Below are positions 10,114 through 20,048 of a stretch of DNA of 58,765 nt, piece by piece. Positions within the stretch are counted from its first letter, which is position 1. Each line of letters starts with the position of its first letter. Below the pieces are notes generated by a model, which was not told the DNA's origin, did no database searches, and saw only the letters and a list, made by a program, of their open reading frames with translations. The position numbers were made by a program, and so were the translations under genes. Where the stretch lies: the IMG/VR virus record IMGVR_UViG_3300049828_000243, positions 1 to 58,765 of that record; one strand, 5' to 3'. The DNA is from a virus. Its lineage: Duplodnaviria; Caudoviricetes.

Positions 10114-10686
10114 TTACGCAGCCACGCCCGACAACCGGACAAGCAGAGTCTTGCGAAGAGCCTTGGCGTCGAGACCAGTGTAGTTGGCCTTGTTAGCCTC
10201 GAAGTCAGTGACGAACTCGGCTGCGAGGTCCAGCAAGTCGCGCTTGCCTTCCGCACGAACGATCTTGAGGATGTTCGCTGCTGCAGGGTGCAGTACGTAT
10301 TCGCGGCCTTCCGACTTGAACGCATGGTACTCGCGGAACACGTTGACGACTTCTTCCTTCGTCACGTCGAAGCCGACGCGTTTTTCGACGGCCGTAACAG
10401 ACGGCGAGCCGCTGCCGTCGAACTCCTTGATGTTGTTCTCAGCGACGATCTCGGAGATCGCAAGGTGCAGAATCGAACGACGAGCGTCGCCGGCGAAATC
10501 GACCTTGGCGCGGCCTTGTTCCTCGAAGAACGGAAGCTCGTCTGCGTTGACCGGTGCGGCGCCGTTCTTCATCGCTTCCTGCACAGCGGCGTCAGGTACG
10601 AAGGTTGGCTTTCCTGCTGAAAAAACGACGACGTGGCCCGACGTAGACGCCAGACGGAAATTGCGGAGAGAGTGCATGAGCGGCAT
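10114..10686 (-). CDS. Hypothetical protein (head-completion region)
   Basis: AAGGA RBS before ATG at 10686; phage-like codon usage. Confidence 0.6.
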   Translation of the reverse strand: MPLMHSLRNFRLASTSGHVVVFSAGKPTFVPDAAVQEAMKNGAAPVNADELPFFEEQGRAKVDFAGDARRSILHLAISEIVAENNIKEFDGSGSPSVTAVEKRVGFDVTKEEVVNVFREYHAFKSEGREYVLHPAAANILKIVRAEGKRDLLDLAAEFVTDFEANKANYTGLDAKALRKTLLVRLSGVAA

Positions 10687-10707
10687 GACATTTTCCTTGT
10701 AGTAGAT

Positions 10708-10741
10708 AAAAAAGCGCCGCAGGGTTTGGTCCCTGCGGCGC
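10708..10741 (-). terminator. Intrinsic terminator after the capsid/decoration genes
   Basis: GCGCCGCAGGG-accaaa-CCCTGCGGCGC followed by TTTTTT on the minus strand. Confidence 0.85.
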
Positions 10742-10773
10742 ATAATGTACCGCACCGCGCGGCACCGCCCAAA

Positions 10774-11151
10774 TCAAAAGACGACTTCGTCAGTCCGGTT
10801 CAAGTTGAGGAACTCCGGAACGACGATGGCGCGTCCAGCGGTCGCGGCAGCGCCGGTTTCAGCCATGCTGATCGTGAGCGTGCCACCCGTCGGGTAGAAC
10901 TTGCACACGGTGGCATCGTAGCGAGTATTCGCGGCGGCCTTGGCGTCAACGGCGCTGAGGAACGTGGTAGTGCCATCGCTGACAGTCAGCGTGGTGGTGG
11001 TGGCACTGTTGAACGCCGTGACGATGAAGCCGACGACGCCCATGAGCAAAGTGCCCGGAAGGATCGGAATGGTGATGTCCGTAGCGATGTTTTCGATGCC
11101 GAGATCGGCAACCGCGTCGCGCGGATACTGGACAGCGTTGAGTTCAGACAT
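10774..11151 (-). CDS. Capsid decoration/cement protein
   Basis: 125 aa beta-rich, Thr/Ala-rich, directly after the MCP, GGAG RBS. Confidence 0.65.
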   Translation of the reverse strand: MSELNAVQYPRDAVADLGIENIATDITIPILPGTLLMGVVGFIVTAFNSATTTTLTVSDGTTTFLSAVDAKAAANTRYDATVCKFYPTGGTLTISMAETGAAATAGRAIVVPEFLNLNRTDEVVF

Positions 11152-11178
11152 TGTCTTGTCTCCGAAAGTGGTAGCCGA

Positions 11179-12303
11179 TTAGATCGCGGTATCGCAGGCG
11201 ATCACGCCGAAATCCTGATCCGAACCAGCAGCGGTCGAGTACAGAACCGGCTTGAGCAGACCGAAAATCTTGGCAATCGAGATGCCGTTCTGGTTGCCGT
11301 AGTCCTCTTCTTCCTCTTCCCACATCGCGTTACCGATGTCGGCAAAGGCGAGGGCCTGTGCGCCGCAGAGCAGGACACGCTGGCCGTCGACGGTACCGCC
11401 GCCCCACTTCGAGCCGCTGTCGGCGCCGAGCGTGTTGAAGACGTTGCGGTATTCCAAGATGTTCAGGCCGTCGATGTAGATGCCGCGCTTGCCGCCGTGC
11501 GAGGTGCCCTTGAAGATCGGGTTGTCCTCACCACGCTTCTGCGCATGCTGCCAAGCGGCGAGGAAGTCCGGGTCTTTCTTGAGCTTCGCGATACCGCGCG
11601 GAGTCATGAAGACGTTGTACATCTCGATGCCATCTTCCGAACGGATCGGACGGATGAAGCGCTCGACAGCGTGAGCCTTGAGGTCGACCAACATGCCCCA
11701 AGTCGGCGTGTCCGCCGCCACGAGATCAGCGTTGGATGCAGACGTGGTGATCAGACCGTTGGTTGCGTCCCAGCGGCAGTAGCGCTTGCTGGAAGGCGCC
11801 GACACGTCGCTCGCGTACTGCAGCAACGGGAGCTGCGAGCCGCTGCGCGAAGCGCCGTCGGTCTTGTAGGTGTACGCGATGCCGGACAGCGTGAGGAAGG
11901 CCAGCTCGTCCATGACGCGCGAGGCGGTGTACGCCAGCTTGTCGCGGGCTTCCTTGCGGAAGTTGACGATGGTCTTCTGGTCAGCCATGCGGCCGGTGTT
12001 GGCATGCGCCTGACGCCACTGGTCGAGCTGGATGACATCTTCGGTCGAGCGCAGCGCTTCTTCGTTGCCCTTCAAGCGGTTGTCACCGACCACGCCGTCG
12101 CCGACTGCGTCGTTGACGAGGGTAATGACCGCGCGGGCGCCGTCGACGCTCTTCTTCAACTCGGTGACGCGTTGCACCATCGAATTGCTGGAAGCGCCGG
12201 CGAAGGCCATGATGAAAGTGTGGTTGCGCGCTTCACGCCAGAAATCCATCGACCAGATGGTCTTCTGCTCTGCAGTAAGCAGTGCGAAATTGGTATTTGC
12301 CAT
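11179..12303 (-). CDS. Major capsid protein (N4-gp56/DUF4043-like)
   Basis: MANTNFA...W; GDGVVGDNRLKGNEE, IQLDQWRQA, LLCGAQAL and DFGVI motifs; strong codon bias; follows the scaffold. Confidence 0.9.
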   Translation of the reverse strand: MANTNFALLTAEQKTIWSMDFWREARNHTFIMAFAGASSNSMVQRVTELKKSVDGARAVITLVNDAVGDGVVGDNRLKGNEEALRSTEDVIQLDQWRQAHANTGRMADQKTIVNFRKEARDKLAYTASRVMDELAFLTLSGIAYTYKTDGASRSGSQLPLLQYASDVSAPSSKRYCRWDATNGLITTSASNADLVAADTPTWGMLVDLKAHAVERFIRPIRSEDGIEMYNVFMTPRGIAKLKKDPDFLAAWQHAQKRGEDNPIFKGTSHGGKRGIYIDGLNILEYRNVFNTLGADSGSKWGGGTVDGQRVLLCGAQALAFADIGNAMWEEEEEDYGNQNGISIAKIFGLLKPVLYSTAAGSDQDFGVIACDTAI

Positions 12304-12448
12304 GACTTTGACTCCGAAAGTTTGACGGACGGGTTAGCAGAAACGATGTTGCTGTTCTGATTAACGCCCGGAACTGGCGGTAGTTCGCGCACGACTTTGT
12401 CCGGTCTGCGAGCGGGCCTAGATGACGGTCAGGCGGCCGATGTGGCGC

Positions 12449-12488
12449 AATATACACCGGGAGTTGCGAAATGCAACCCCCGGCGTAC
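12449..12488 (-). promoter_or_regulatory. Candidate sigma70-like promoter for the MCP, embedded in an inverted repeat
   Basis: Minus strand TTGCAT-N16-TATATT inside the imperfect hairpin GTACGCCGGGGGTTGC...GCAACTCCCGGTGTAT. Confidence 0.4.
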
Positions 12489-12496
12489 ATTTTGTG

Positions 12497-13495
12497 TTAT
12501 GCGAAGTCGCCGCGGAGTTCTGCGCGCTTCGAGTCCGGCAATTTGGCGATGTCTTCTTCCGACAAGGTGTTGATGTCGATGCCGCTGACATCGGCCGCCG
12601 GGCCGCGATCACCAGACGCAGGCGGCTGCTTGCGAACGGTCTCTGCCGCCTTCTCGATGTCGGCTGGTTTGGGCTGCGGCTTGGGCTCTTCCTTCGGCGC
12701 AGGCTTTGCGGGCTCTTGGCGCTTCGCCTCAAGGCCGAAGCCAAACAGCAGCTCTGCCGCGTACACCGCAGCGGCAGCCGGCTTCATGCCAGCGCTTTCG
12801 TACGCGTTGACGTGGAACTCGAACGCTTGCACAGCCTTTGCGCTGAACTTGTCAGAGTTCGGGTTCATCACCGGAACCGCAGCTTCGATGCGGTCCAGCG
12901 TCGCGTCGTACAAGCGGTCCTGCAGCGCGCTATCAGTGATTTCAGAAGCAACGGTACGCGCCTTCGAGTTCGCAAGCTCGATGTTGATGTCGTCGATCTG
13001 GCGCTGCAGTGCCGCAGAAGTCTTCGCGTCGGCCTCTGCGCGCGCTTCCTCGACCTTCAAGTACAGCTCGTCGCGCTTGGCGAGCAGCTCCTTGTCAGGG
13101 TCTTCCGCCTTTGCGGGCTTTGGAGATGCGCTTTCGAGTTCTTCGACACGCTCCTTGAACTTGTTGCGCTGGTCGATGACCTCGCGGAAGCGCGCGTACG
13201 GAACGGTTTCCGGCTCTTTGCGAGCGCCGCCTTCTTCTGCCTTCTTGGCAGCGGCTTCTTCCTCTGCCTTCTTGGCAGCGGCTTCTTCCTCTGCCTTCTT
13301 GGCAGCGGCTTCTTCCTCTGCCTTCTTGGCAGCAGCTTCGTCGCTTTCTGCGGCCTTGTCGATAAGCGCTTTCGCGTCGGCCTCGGCCTTGTCGGTATCG
13401 GCGTTGCTTTCCGGCTTTGCAGCAGAAGCGCGATCACCGCGGTCAAGCTTGCTCAAGTCAGCTTCGTCGTCGAGGAAATCTACATCGATTGGCAT
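12497..13495 (-). CDS. Capsid scaffolding protein
   Basis: Acidic coiled-coil protein with VPYARFREV motif and LRGD terminus, between portal and MCP. Confidence 0.8.
   Translation of the reverse strand: MPIDVDFLDDEADLSKLDRGDRASAAKPESNADTDKAEADAKALIDKAAESDEAAAKKAEEEAAAKKAEEEAAAKKAEEEAAAKKAEEGGARKEPETVPYARFREVIDQRNKFKERVEELESASPKPAKAEDPDKELLAKRDELYLKVEEARAEADAKTSAALQRQIDDINIELANSKARTVASEITDSALQDRLYDATLDRIEAAVPVMNPNSDKFSAKAVQAFEFHVNAYESAGMKPAAAAVYAAELLFGFGLEAKRQEPAKPAPKEEPKPQPKPADIEKAAETVRKQPPASGDRGPAADVSGIDINTLSEEDIAKLPDSKRAELRGDFA
13231..13338. repeat. 27-bp tandem repeat x4 encoding (AAAKKAEEE)n in the scaffold
   Basis: Unit CTTCTTCCTCTGCCTTCTTGGCAGCGG read directly. Confidence 0.95.
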
Positions 13496-13497
13496 GA

Positions 13498-15606
13498 TTA
13501 CTTTCCTTTGTTGGGCGATTTGTTGCCGGGCTTATTCGCGCCCGGTTTGCCTTGGCTACGGCGAGCCGCCGCAGCCTCGGTGCGACGCGCGGCGAGGTCA
13601 GCGACCTTCACCGCGAGTTCTTTTTCAGCAAGTTCACGGTTGTCGTCAACCTGCTTTTCCTTGATGCGCAGCTCTTCGGCGCGGGAGATGGCGTCCGTCT
13701 CGATGCGCGCGGTCTCGATGCGTTCGTACGAGGCGTCCGGATCGCGAGTCGCTTCACCTTCCGCTTTCGCTGCACGAGCGTCGTTGAGGCGGGCAGCGGC
13801 GACTTCTTTCGCGGTCTTGGCGGCGGCGAGCTTGGCTTCCTCGTCCAGACGCTTCTGCTCGGCGGCGGCTGCGGCCTGCTGCACGGCGTTCGAGTCCTGC
13901 GACAGCTTCTGGATGATCTGAGCCTTGTTCGCGGCGGGCGACAGCTCGATGAGCATGGCGTCCGGGATGGCGATGCCGATATCGCGGCGCAGGCTGAGGA
14001 TCGTCTCGAAGTCTTCGGCGCTGATGGTCGTGCGCACCGGTGCAGGCACGAGCGTAGTCGTGTACCGGCCGCGAGTCACGTCGTTGAGCGTGCGCCCTTC
14101 TGCGGTCGGCTCGTTGAGGCTTATCGTCTGCATGTCAGGAACAAGCGACGTGCCGCGGTTGATCATGATAGCCCGCGTCTCAGTGTAGTGGGCCTGCACG
14201 CAATCGCGCACGCGCTCAGCTACAAGCTGCTTCGAGCGGTGCAGATTGGACAGCCAGCCGGCGAAATTGACGTCCTGCGCCGCTTGGTTGGCGAGAATGG
14301 CTTCACCAGCCACGTCCTCGCGTGCGAAGCCGCGCGACCCTTCGGACACGCCGGCCAGTGAACGCATGATCTTGTCTGCCTTGAACGACAGGCGGTCGTG
14401 CCCTTGCGGAGTCTGACTCGGCTGCAGTTTCTCAAGATCGTCCACGTTCTCGAGTTCCGCAACGAAGCCGGGCTTGGCGCCTAGGTTCTCAAGGTCTTCG
14501 ACGGACATGTTCTTCAACGAGCCGGCCTTGAGCTTGTACCCGCTGTTGGCGACAGTGTTGATGATCGCAAGCTCTTGCGACGTGATCTTGTTGAACAGCT
14601 CCTGCGCGCCGAGCAGGTGCTCGACCACGCCAGACGGAACGCCGTCGATGAACGACGGGAAGTACGGCACGATGGTGAACCACCGGTACGGGCTGTCCTC
14701 ATTGTGCAGAACGTAGTCTTCGCACGTGACGACCCAGCGCACCGTGTTGACGTTCTTGTACGTCGTGCTGAGTCCCGGCACTTTGCGGAGCACGTCAGCT
14801 ATGCGGTTGCGATCCCACGTCTCCGGCACTTCCGACATGTCGCCAGTGCGTAGATCGACGAACACAAGCTTGCGCTTGACCTCGCGGTACTGGCGCTCGA
14901 CAAGCAAGTGGCCGCGCACCTTGGACTCGTCAGCCATGGGCGAGCCACGGTAATACGGCATGCGCCCCATCTGCTGCGCCATGAGCTGGTCTTCATAGTC
15001 GTACCAGCTCGGCACGGACGACGCGCCGATAGCGTTTGCCGCAGCGTCGCCATACAAAGAACGGATGTCGTTCTGGCTCACCCAGCGGCGTTGGATAACT
15101 TGCGGCCATTCGTCCGGGTCGTACGTCTCGATGGTAGGGTCGAGCAGCACGTCTTGGCTGCGCGGAGAGCGGATGATGACGTTGCCTTGGAATGAGTCGT
15201 CGTACGACACGCGAACGTCGTAGTACGCGCGGCCGAAAATGAGGCCCTTCTCGAACACGTCTGTTTCGAGGAACTCGAAGCGATTCGCGTTCTGGATATG
15301 CATCCAGATCGCGTCGTGCACTGCGGCGTCTTCCGAAGTGGCGTCCTTGAACGGTGTGAAGCGCACGTCGTTGCGCAGTGCGCGCTGCACGCCTTTCATC
15401 GAGCGCGTCAGCGACTCGATAATGTTGAACGTCAGCGCCGGGCGCTTGGCGTTCTCCAGCTTGCGCCGGGTAGACGCGTCCCACTGGTTGCCTTTCCAGA
15501 ACTCGAACGCGCGATGTGCTCCGACAACCCAGTCCTCGTGACCGTTGTCGTAGCAGTACCGATAGTTGTCGTACTGCGTGCGGGAGATGTCGCTGTCGGT
15601 CGCCAT
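13498..15606 (-). CDS. Portal protein (P22/N4-like)
   Basis: 702 aa; GNQW...RPALTFN, AQELFNK and SG motifs; coiled-coil C-terminus; follows TerL. Confidence 0.9.
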   Translation of the reverse strand: MATDSDISRTQYDNYRYCYDNGHEDWVVGAHRAFEFWKGNQWDASTRRKLENAKRPALTFNIIESLTRSMKGVQRALRNDVRFTPFKDATSEDAAVHDAIWMHIQNANRFEFLETDVFEKGLIFGRAYYDVRVSYDDSFQGNVIIRSPRSQDVLLDPTIETYDPDEWPQVIQRRWVSQNDIRSLYGDAAANAIGASSVPSWYDYEDQLMAQQMGRMPYYRGSPMADESKVRGHLLVERQYREVKRKLVFVDLRTGDMSEVPETWDRNRIADVLRKVPGLSTTYKNVNTVRWVVTCEDYVLHNEDSPYRWFTIVPYFPSFIDGVPSGVVEHLLGAQELFNKITSQELAIINTVANSGYKLKAGSLKNMSVEDLENLGAKPGFVAELENVDDLEKLQPSQTPQGHDRLSFKADKIMRSLAGVSEGSRGFAREDVAGEAILANQAAQDVNFAGWLSNLHRSKQLVAERVRDCVQAHYTETRAIMINRGTSLVPDMQTISLNEPTAEGRTLNDVTRGRYTTTLVPAPVRTTISAEDFETILSLRRDIGIAIPDAMLIELSPAANKAQIIQKLSQDSNAVQQAAAAAEQKRLDEEAKLAAAKTAKEVAAARLNDARAAKAEGEATRDPDASYERIETARIETDAISRAEELRIKEKQVDDNRELAEKELAVKVADLAARRTEAAAARRSQGKPGANKPGNKSPNKGK

Positions 15607-15609
15607 GTT

Positions 15610-17511
15610 TTACGCTGCCATGTGGTCGCTGCGCGCGGCAGCCAATGTTTTGAGCTGGTCTTTCCAGCTTGAATGTTTTTTGGGCGGTGCTTGCGCGCGG
15701 GGTAGAGCGATATTCAGAGCCAGACGAGACCCCCAAGCCAGCGCGTCGACGATGTCATCGTGCGCGCCGTCCGGGAAGCGGAGCATTTCGCGTTCGGCCG
15801 CATCATACACGTCCGGGCGAGTGTCGCCATCATACGAGAAAAACAGCTTGTGACGCTGCGTGCGGATTTGCAGCGGGCGGGCGCGCACCGACTTGTCCGT
15901 AATAGGCACGAGCGTGTCGTTCACCGACACGAACGTACGCGAAGTAGCCGGGTTTGCGAGCAGGGCCGCCTTGATCGCCGGCCACACCGCTTCGTGGATC
16001 GCGCCTTGCTCGCCGGCGTAGATTTCCGGCTTGTGGCGCTCAACCATGGCTACGACGTTCGCAGCTATGTCGAAAGTCGACCACCGGCCGCGGCGAATCT
16101 CCAGCACGTACAGGTTGTCCTCGGCGTCGAGCGCGAACGCTGCAAGCACAGTGAAGTCGTTGCGCTGTTTCGTGCCGATGGCGTAGTCCGCCGTGATGAA
16201 CACGCGGCACAGCGGCCGGTACGCCGGGTCGAGCCAGCGATACTTCAAGTCATCTTTCTTGAAGTAGTCGCCGTCGTCTGGCGTTGGCGACTGCTGGTAC
16301 AGCGCGTTCCAGATGGACGAAGACGACGAGTTGCGAATCTTTTTCAGCTCGTTGAGCGGGTAGCGCTCCGGGTGAAGCGCCTCGCCGCGGCGCCGCAGCA
16401 GGCGCACGGAATCCTCCGGCGTGTCATGGCCGATTGTGCCGTCGCGCATCAGATACTCGTCGTGCTCCGCAATTGCGGGGTACGACACGATCTCCCAGTT
16501 CTCGCGCTCGTACTCGGGCACGCCGGCCTTGATCTGTTCGACCTCTTGATCGATCAGCCGGCCAGACGGATCGGCGTAGTGCCAGCGGGTGTTGATGACG
16601 AGGATGCCGCCGCCCGGCGCGACGCGCGTGCGGAACACGGACTGGTACCACTTGAACGTGTTGTCGCGGATCAGCTCGGAGTCCGCAGCCTCTTGGTCCT
16701 TAATCGGGTCGTCCATGATCAAGCAGTGACCGCCGAAGCCGGTAAGGCCTACGCCTACACCGGCTGCCTTGTATCCGCCGCCTTTGACAGTCTCCCACTC
16801 CTCGACGCCCTGCGCGTCCTTGCGGATGCGCGTGTCGGGGAAGATTGCTTGGTACTCGGCGGAGCGCAGGCGGTCGCGGATGCTGCGGCTGAAATCGATT
16901 GGCAGCGACTGGGCGTAGCTCGAAGCGATCACCTTCCACTCGGGATGGTGACCGAGCAGCCACGACGGGAACATGTCGGACGCAAGCTGCGACTTGCCGG
17001 CGCGCGGCGGCAAGAACAGCATGAGACGCGGTGACTCGCCCTTCTCGATGCGCTCCATGAACCGTTCGAGCCGGCGGCAGATGTCTTGGTGCACCCATCC
17101 AGCCTTGTAGTCCGGCATCATCAACTGGGTGAAGTAGATAAGGCGACGACGAGCAATCTCGCGGCGCGCGATCTCGCGCTGGACAACCTCTTCGCGCGTC
17201 TCCGGAATGATGACGCTGGCCGGCTCTACGAGCAGCAGTTTCTGCACGGGCGAGCGACGCGCCTCCGGCACTCGGCCTGCCGCGAACACGGCATCGGCGA
17301 TCTCCGGCGTGCCGTACGCGCCGTAGCGGCGGTACAGCGCCAGCGTGCCGTCGCGGTTCTCGCAGTCGACGCAGAAGTCCATGTACAGCGTCTCGGGCGC
17401 CGTCGCGTAGACGCGGAACATGTTGAGCGCGCAGTTGCGGCCGCATGCGCGGCAGTCTGCCGCCGTCAGTTCACCGAGCGACGGGCGTTTCAGCGTCTTT
17501 TTTGACGACAT
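15610..17511 (-). CDS. terL: Terminase large subunit
   Basis: Walker A PPRAGKS, Walker B LIMDDP, TRWH, YQQ-x-P, nuclease motif FPDGAHDDIVDA. Confidence 0.95.
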   Translation of the reverse strand: MSSKKTLKRPSLGELTAADCRACGRNCALNMFRVYATAPETLYMDFCVDCENRDGTLALYRRYGAYGTPEIADAVFAAGRVPEARRSPVQKLLLVEPASVIIPETREEVVQREIARREIARRRLIYFTQLMMPDYKAGWVHQDICRRLERFMERIEKGESPRLMLFLPPRAGKSQLASDMFPSWLLGHHPEWKVIASSYAQSLPIDFSRSIRDRLRSAEYQAIFPDTRIRKDAQGVEEWETVKGGGYKAAGVGVGLTGFGGHCLIMDDPIKDQEAADSELIRDNTFKWYQSVFRTRVAPGGGILVINTRWHYADPSGRLIDQEVEQIKAGVPEYERENWEIVSYPAIAEHDEYLMRDGTIGHDTPEDSVRLLRRRGEALHPERYPLNELKKIRNSSSSSIWNALYQQSPTPDDGDYFKKDDLKYRWLDPAYRPLCRVFITADYAIGTKQRNDFTVLAAFALDAEDNLYVLEIRRGRWSTFDIAANVVAMVERHKPEIYAGEQGAIHEAVWPAIKAALLANPATSRTFVSVNDTLVPITDKSVRARPLQIRTQRHKLFFSYDGDTRPDVYDAAEREMLRFPDGAHDDIVDALAWGSRLALNIALPRAQAPPKKHSSWKDQLKTLAAARSDHMAA

Positions 17512-17962
17512 AGAAGTCTCCGTCGATTACGTTGGCGTCGCCTACGAGGCGCGCAAGCTCTTCGTCTGACATGCCGCGCGCACGGTCGCGAATCACCTCG
17601 ATGGTAGCCGTGATGTTGACGTTCGTCTTTTCCGCTTCGGCGAAGCCGAGCAGTTTTGCGACTTTCTCCAACCCGACAAGCTCAGTCATTGGCTCCGAGA
17701 TGATGCGCGCGCGATCCACGGCATCCATCATCTTCTGGACGATGTCTGCCTTGGTGAGCCCCTGCGTGTCGTTGAACGCCTGCCGCGCCTTGCGGCGTGC
17801 TTCCATGACGTGTGGCGCTGTGATCGAGCCGAGCGGTATGCCGGTTACGCCCGCCGCAGCGCGCGCAGGCATGTTCAGAACTTCGACGTGGTAGACGAAG
17901 TCGATCTCTTCACGGGTAAGGCCGCTTGGAACGGCCAGCATGGTCGGATCAGTGATTGCCAT
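17471..17962 (-). CDS. Terminase small subunit (putative)
   Basis: Helical 163 aa protein immediately upstream of TerL; AKLLG and MSDEEL motifs. Confidence 0.7.
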   Translation of the reverse strand: MAITDPTMLAVPSGLTREEIDFVYHVEVLNMPARAAAGVTGIPLGSITAPHVMEARRKARQAFNDTQGLTKADIVQKMMDAVDRARIISEPMTELVGLEKVAKLLGFAEAEKTNVNITATIEVIRDRARGMSDEELARLVGDANVIDGDFYVVKKDAETPVAR

Positions 17963-18602
17963 CGTCCATTTTCCGAATCGTGCCGATCCATCGCTTCGGC
18001 ACGCCTTCGTTCGGGATAGGCGTAGCCGTGACCTCTACGCGCAGGACGGCGCCGTCAGCGCGGATCATGTCGTGAACAATGACGTACTGACGACGTTCCT
18101 CGCGACACGCCTCCCACTCGTCGCGCACACGCTCGCGGTCGTACGGGGCCACGAAAGTCAGAAAACCCCACCCAAGCAACTCTTCTTCCGTGCGCTGCAA
18201 CCACCGGCAGTAGGTCTTGTTCACCCACACGTTCATGCCGGTCTCGTCGCAGTCGAACAGCGCCCGATTTGGGTCGGTGTCGTTGTCCACGCGGCGCGTC
18301 TCGGAGAGAAGAAGCACCTCAGACATCAAGTCGTCAAGCTTACGCTCGCTGCGCGACACGGAATCGCGAAGGCTTGTACCGCCGTTGGGCATGACCTCTT
18401 TGGCGATTAGGCTGAGCGTCTTCTGCATGCTCTCGACGTTCTGTGACGACGCTAGCATGTGAGGTACCGAAGACAGCGACCGTATACCGTCCAAATAAGG
18501 CACGACATGCGGACGCACGAACCGAATGCCGGCGACGACAGCGCTGATAAGCGCAATCCATTTGAGCGTCGGCTCGAGCCACAGCGGGGCAGAGTGCATC
18601 AC
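17949..18602 (-). CDS. Membrane-anchored PAS-domain protein in the lysis cassette
   Basis: N-terminal TM, PNGGTSLRD linker, then PAS/PAC pattern LFDCDETG..VWVN..YCRWLQRTEEELLG..FL..VAPYDRERV..W...RADG..V..TATP..WIG. Confidence 0.8.
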   Translation of the reverse strand: MMHSAPLWLEPTLKWIALISAVVAGIRFVRPHVVPYLDGIRSLSSVPHMLASSQNVESMQKTLSLIAKEVMPNGGTSLRDSVSRSERKLDDLMSEVLLLSETRRVDNDTDPNRALFDCDETGMNVWVNKTYCRWLQRTEEELLGWGFLTFVAPYDRERVRDEWEACREERRQYVIVHDMIRADGAVLRVEVTATPIPNEGVPKRWIGTIRKMDDGNH

Positions 18603-18898
18603 TGCGTCACCCCTTCGTTCGACAAGCGGTCAAGGCACATGTGGCAGGCGGCGCGACGGCGTTCACACTCACGCACCTTGTCGGCGAGCGTCACAGTGAC
18701 ACCTTCGGACAATGCGTCCCATGTCTCGGACGCATAAGCGTCGCCAACCCAGCGGAGGCCTGTGTCGCCGTCTTTCTCGACGCACGGCGTGAAGCACAGC
18801 GAGCTGCACCCGTTCGCCGGCGGTTCTGGTTTGGCAGCTTGCTCTTTGCAAGCTGCGAGTAGAAGTACGACCAATACCGCCGCGATACGCATGCTCAA
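18599..18898 (-). CDS. o-spanin (Rz1-like lipoprotein)
   Basis: Lipobox LAAC, Pro/Cys-rich periplasmic part, directly downstream of the i-spanin. Confidence 0.8.
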   Translation of the reverse strand: MSMRIAAVLVVLLLAACKEQAAKPEPPANGCSSLCFTPCVEKDGDTGLRWVGDAYASETWDALSEGVTVTLADKVRECERRRAACHMCLDRLSNEGVTQ

Positions 18899-19263
18899 TC
18901 TCCGGTAGCAGGCCCAAGGTGGGCGTTCACGGCGTCCATGCGCGCCGTACCGGGGCCGCAGTCTACCGGAAGAGGCGCCGCAACGGCTGCGTCCCTGTAG
19001 ACGACGCGGGTTTTGCGGGAGCGCTCAGCGATAAGCGCCAAGTCGCCAAGCAGCGCCTCGTGGTCTTCGCGACCGCCTGCGACAAGCTTGCTGGACGTTT
19101 CAAGTGCGAGACGTTGCGCTTCGATGGTCGCCTCGTCCTTTGCAGTTTGCACCGCCGACGCGGCCTTAGCGTCCGTGCGACCCATAAAGTACAGCGCTGC
19201 CGCGTTGCCGATGAGAGATAGCGCGAGCGCGACAATAAGCGCCGGGATAAGCTGGATTTTCAC
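18895..19263 (-). CDS. i-spanin (Rz-like)
   Basis: N-terminal TM, coiled coil and C-terminal Cys; follows the endolysin. Confidence 0.8.
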   Translation of the reverse strand: MKIQLIPALIVALALSLIGNAAALYFMGRTDAKAASAVQTAKDEATIEAQRLALETSSKLVAGGREDHEALLGDLALIAERSRKTRVVYRDAAVAAPLPVDCGPGTARMDAVNAHLGPATGD

Positions 19264-20048
19264 TGGAACTCCTTCGCCACGCGGGCTTCATCTTTGCGGC
19301 GGTTGCACAAGCCGGGCACGTCGGGCCATATACGGCACATGGCGATCAGCTCACGAGCGATGCAGTGAGCGTCCGCTGCCGGCACGCACTCGTCGCGGAT
19401 CGTGCGCATTTCGCGGCGACGGTCGCCGGACATGGCGCCGCCGCGGTTGTAGACGAGGCTTACCAGCGCAGCATGGGCGCCGTCCGGCAGCTTGTCGAAT
19501 GACGGGCCAAACGCCCGCCTTGCAGCGAGCGTGTAGTCGGGCACGGTACGGCGCAGGAACACGTCGTACGCGTAGTCGTAGCTCGTGACAACGTCGCGCC
19601 ACTCGGCGATGCGCCGCTTGGCCTCTGACCCGACAACGCCGGACGTGGTCTCTAAGCGCTCGACAGCGATGTGCTCCGCCCACACGTCGGCGATGTATCC
19701 GCGCGTCTGCATGCCGCCGTCGAAACCGATGGCCCACGTCGGGCCGCTGGTGCCGCCGGGGTATACGACGCCGGAGTAGCGGCGCGTGTACGTCGACGCG
19801 CTGGTCACTTCCCAACGAACGATCAGTTCGGCTGCGAGTTCATCGCGGCGCGAGCTGCTGCGAGGCTCGGGAACACCAGATACCGCGGCGGGCTCGGCAA
19901 GCTCGCGGGCGGCAACAATGACAGGGACAGCGGAGGTTGCGACGGCAATGCGAGCCGAATCGCCTGCGTCAGCGATGTCAGTTTGTTCACAGCCGCCTCC
20001 GGTCAGCGCGAGAAGAACGCAAGCAACGACAAGAACGTAGCGAGCCAT
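19260..20048 (-). CDS. Endolysin (lysozyme-fold muramidase) with N-terminal signal/anchor
   Basis: LIVRWE...SGPTWAIGFD...ALVSLVYNRG...GLCNRRKDEA lysozyme-like motifs; hydrophobic N-terminus. Confidence 0.85.
   Translation of the reverse strand: MARYVLVVACVLLALTGGGCEQTDIADAGDSARIAVATSAVPVIVAARELAEPAAVSGVPEPRSSSRRDELAAELIVRWEVTSASTYTRRYSGVVYPGGTSGPTWAIGFDGGMQTRGYIADVWAEHIAVERLETTSGVVGSEAKRRIAEWRDVVTSYDYAYDVFLRRTVPDYTLAARRAFGPSFDKLPDGAHAALVSLVYNRGGAMSGDRRREMRTIRDECVPAADAHCIARELIAMCRIWPDVPGLCNRRKDEARVAKEFQ

Noticed and set aside
102-17034. Long plus-strand ORFs opposite structural genes (e.g. 102-1475, 10633-12360, 12422-13921, 15760-17034)
   Set aside because: Antisense shadows of GC-rich, codon-biased genes; no RBS or motifs; Arg/Val-rich nonsense composition
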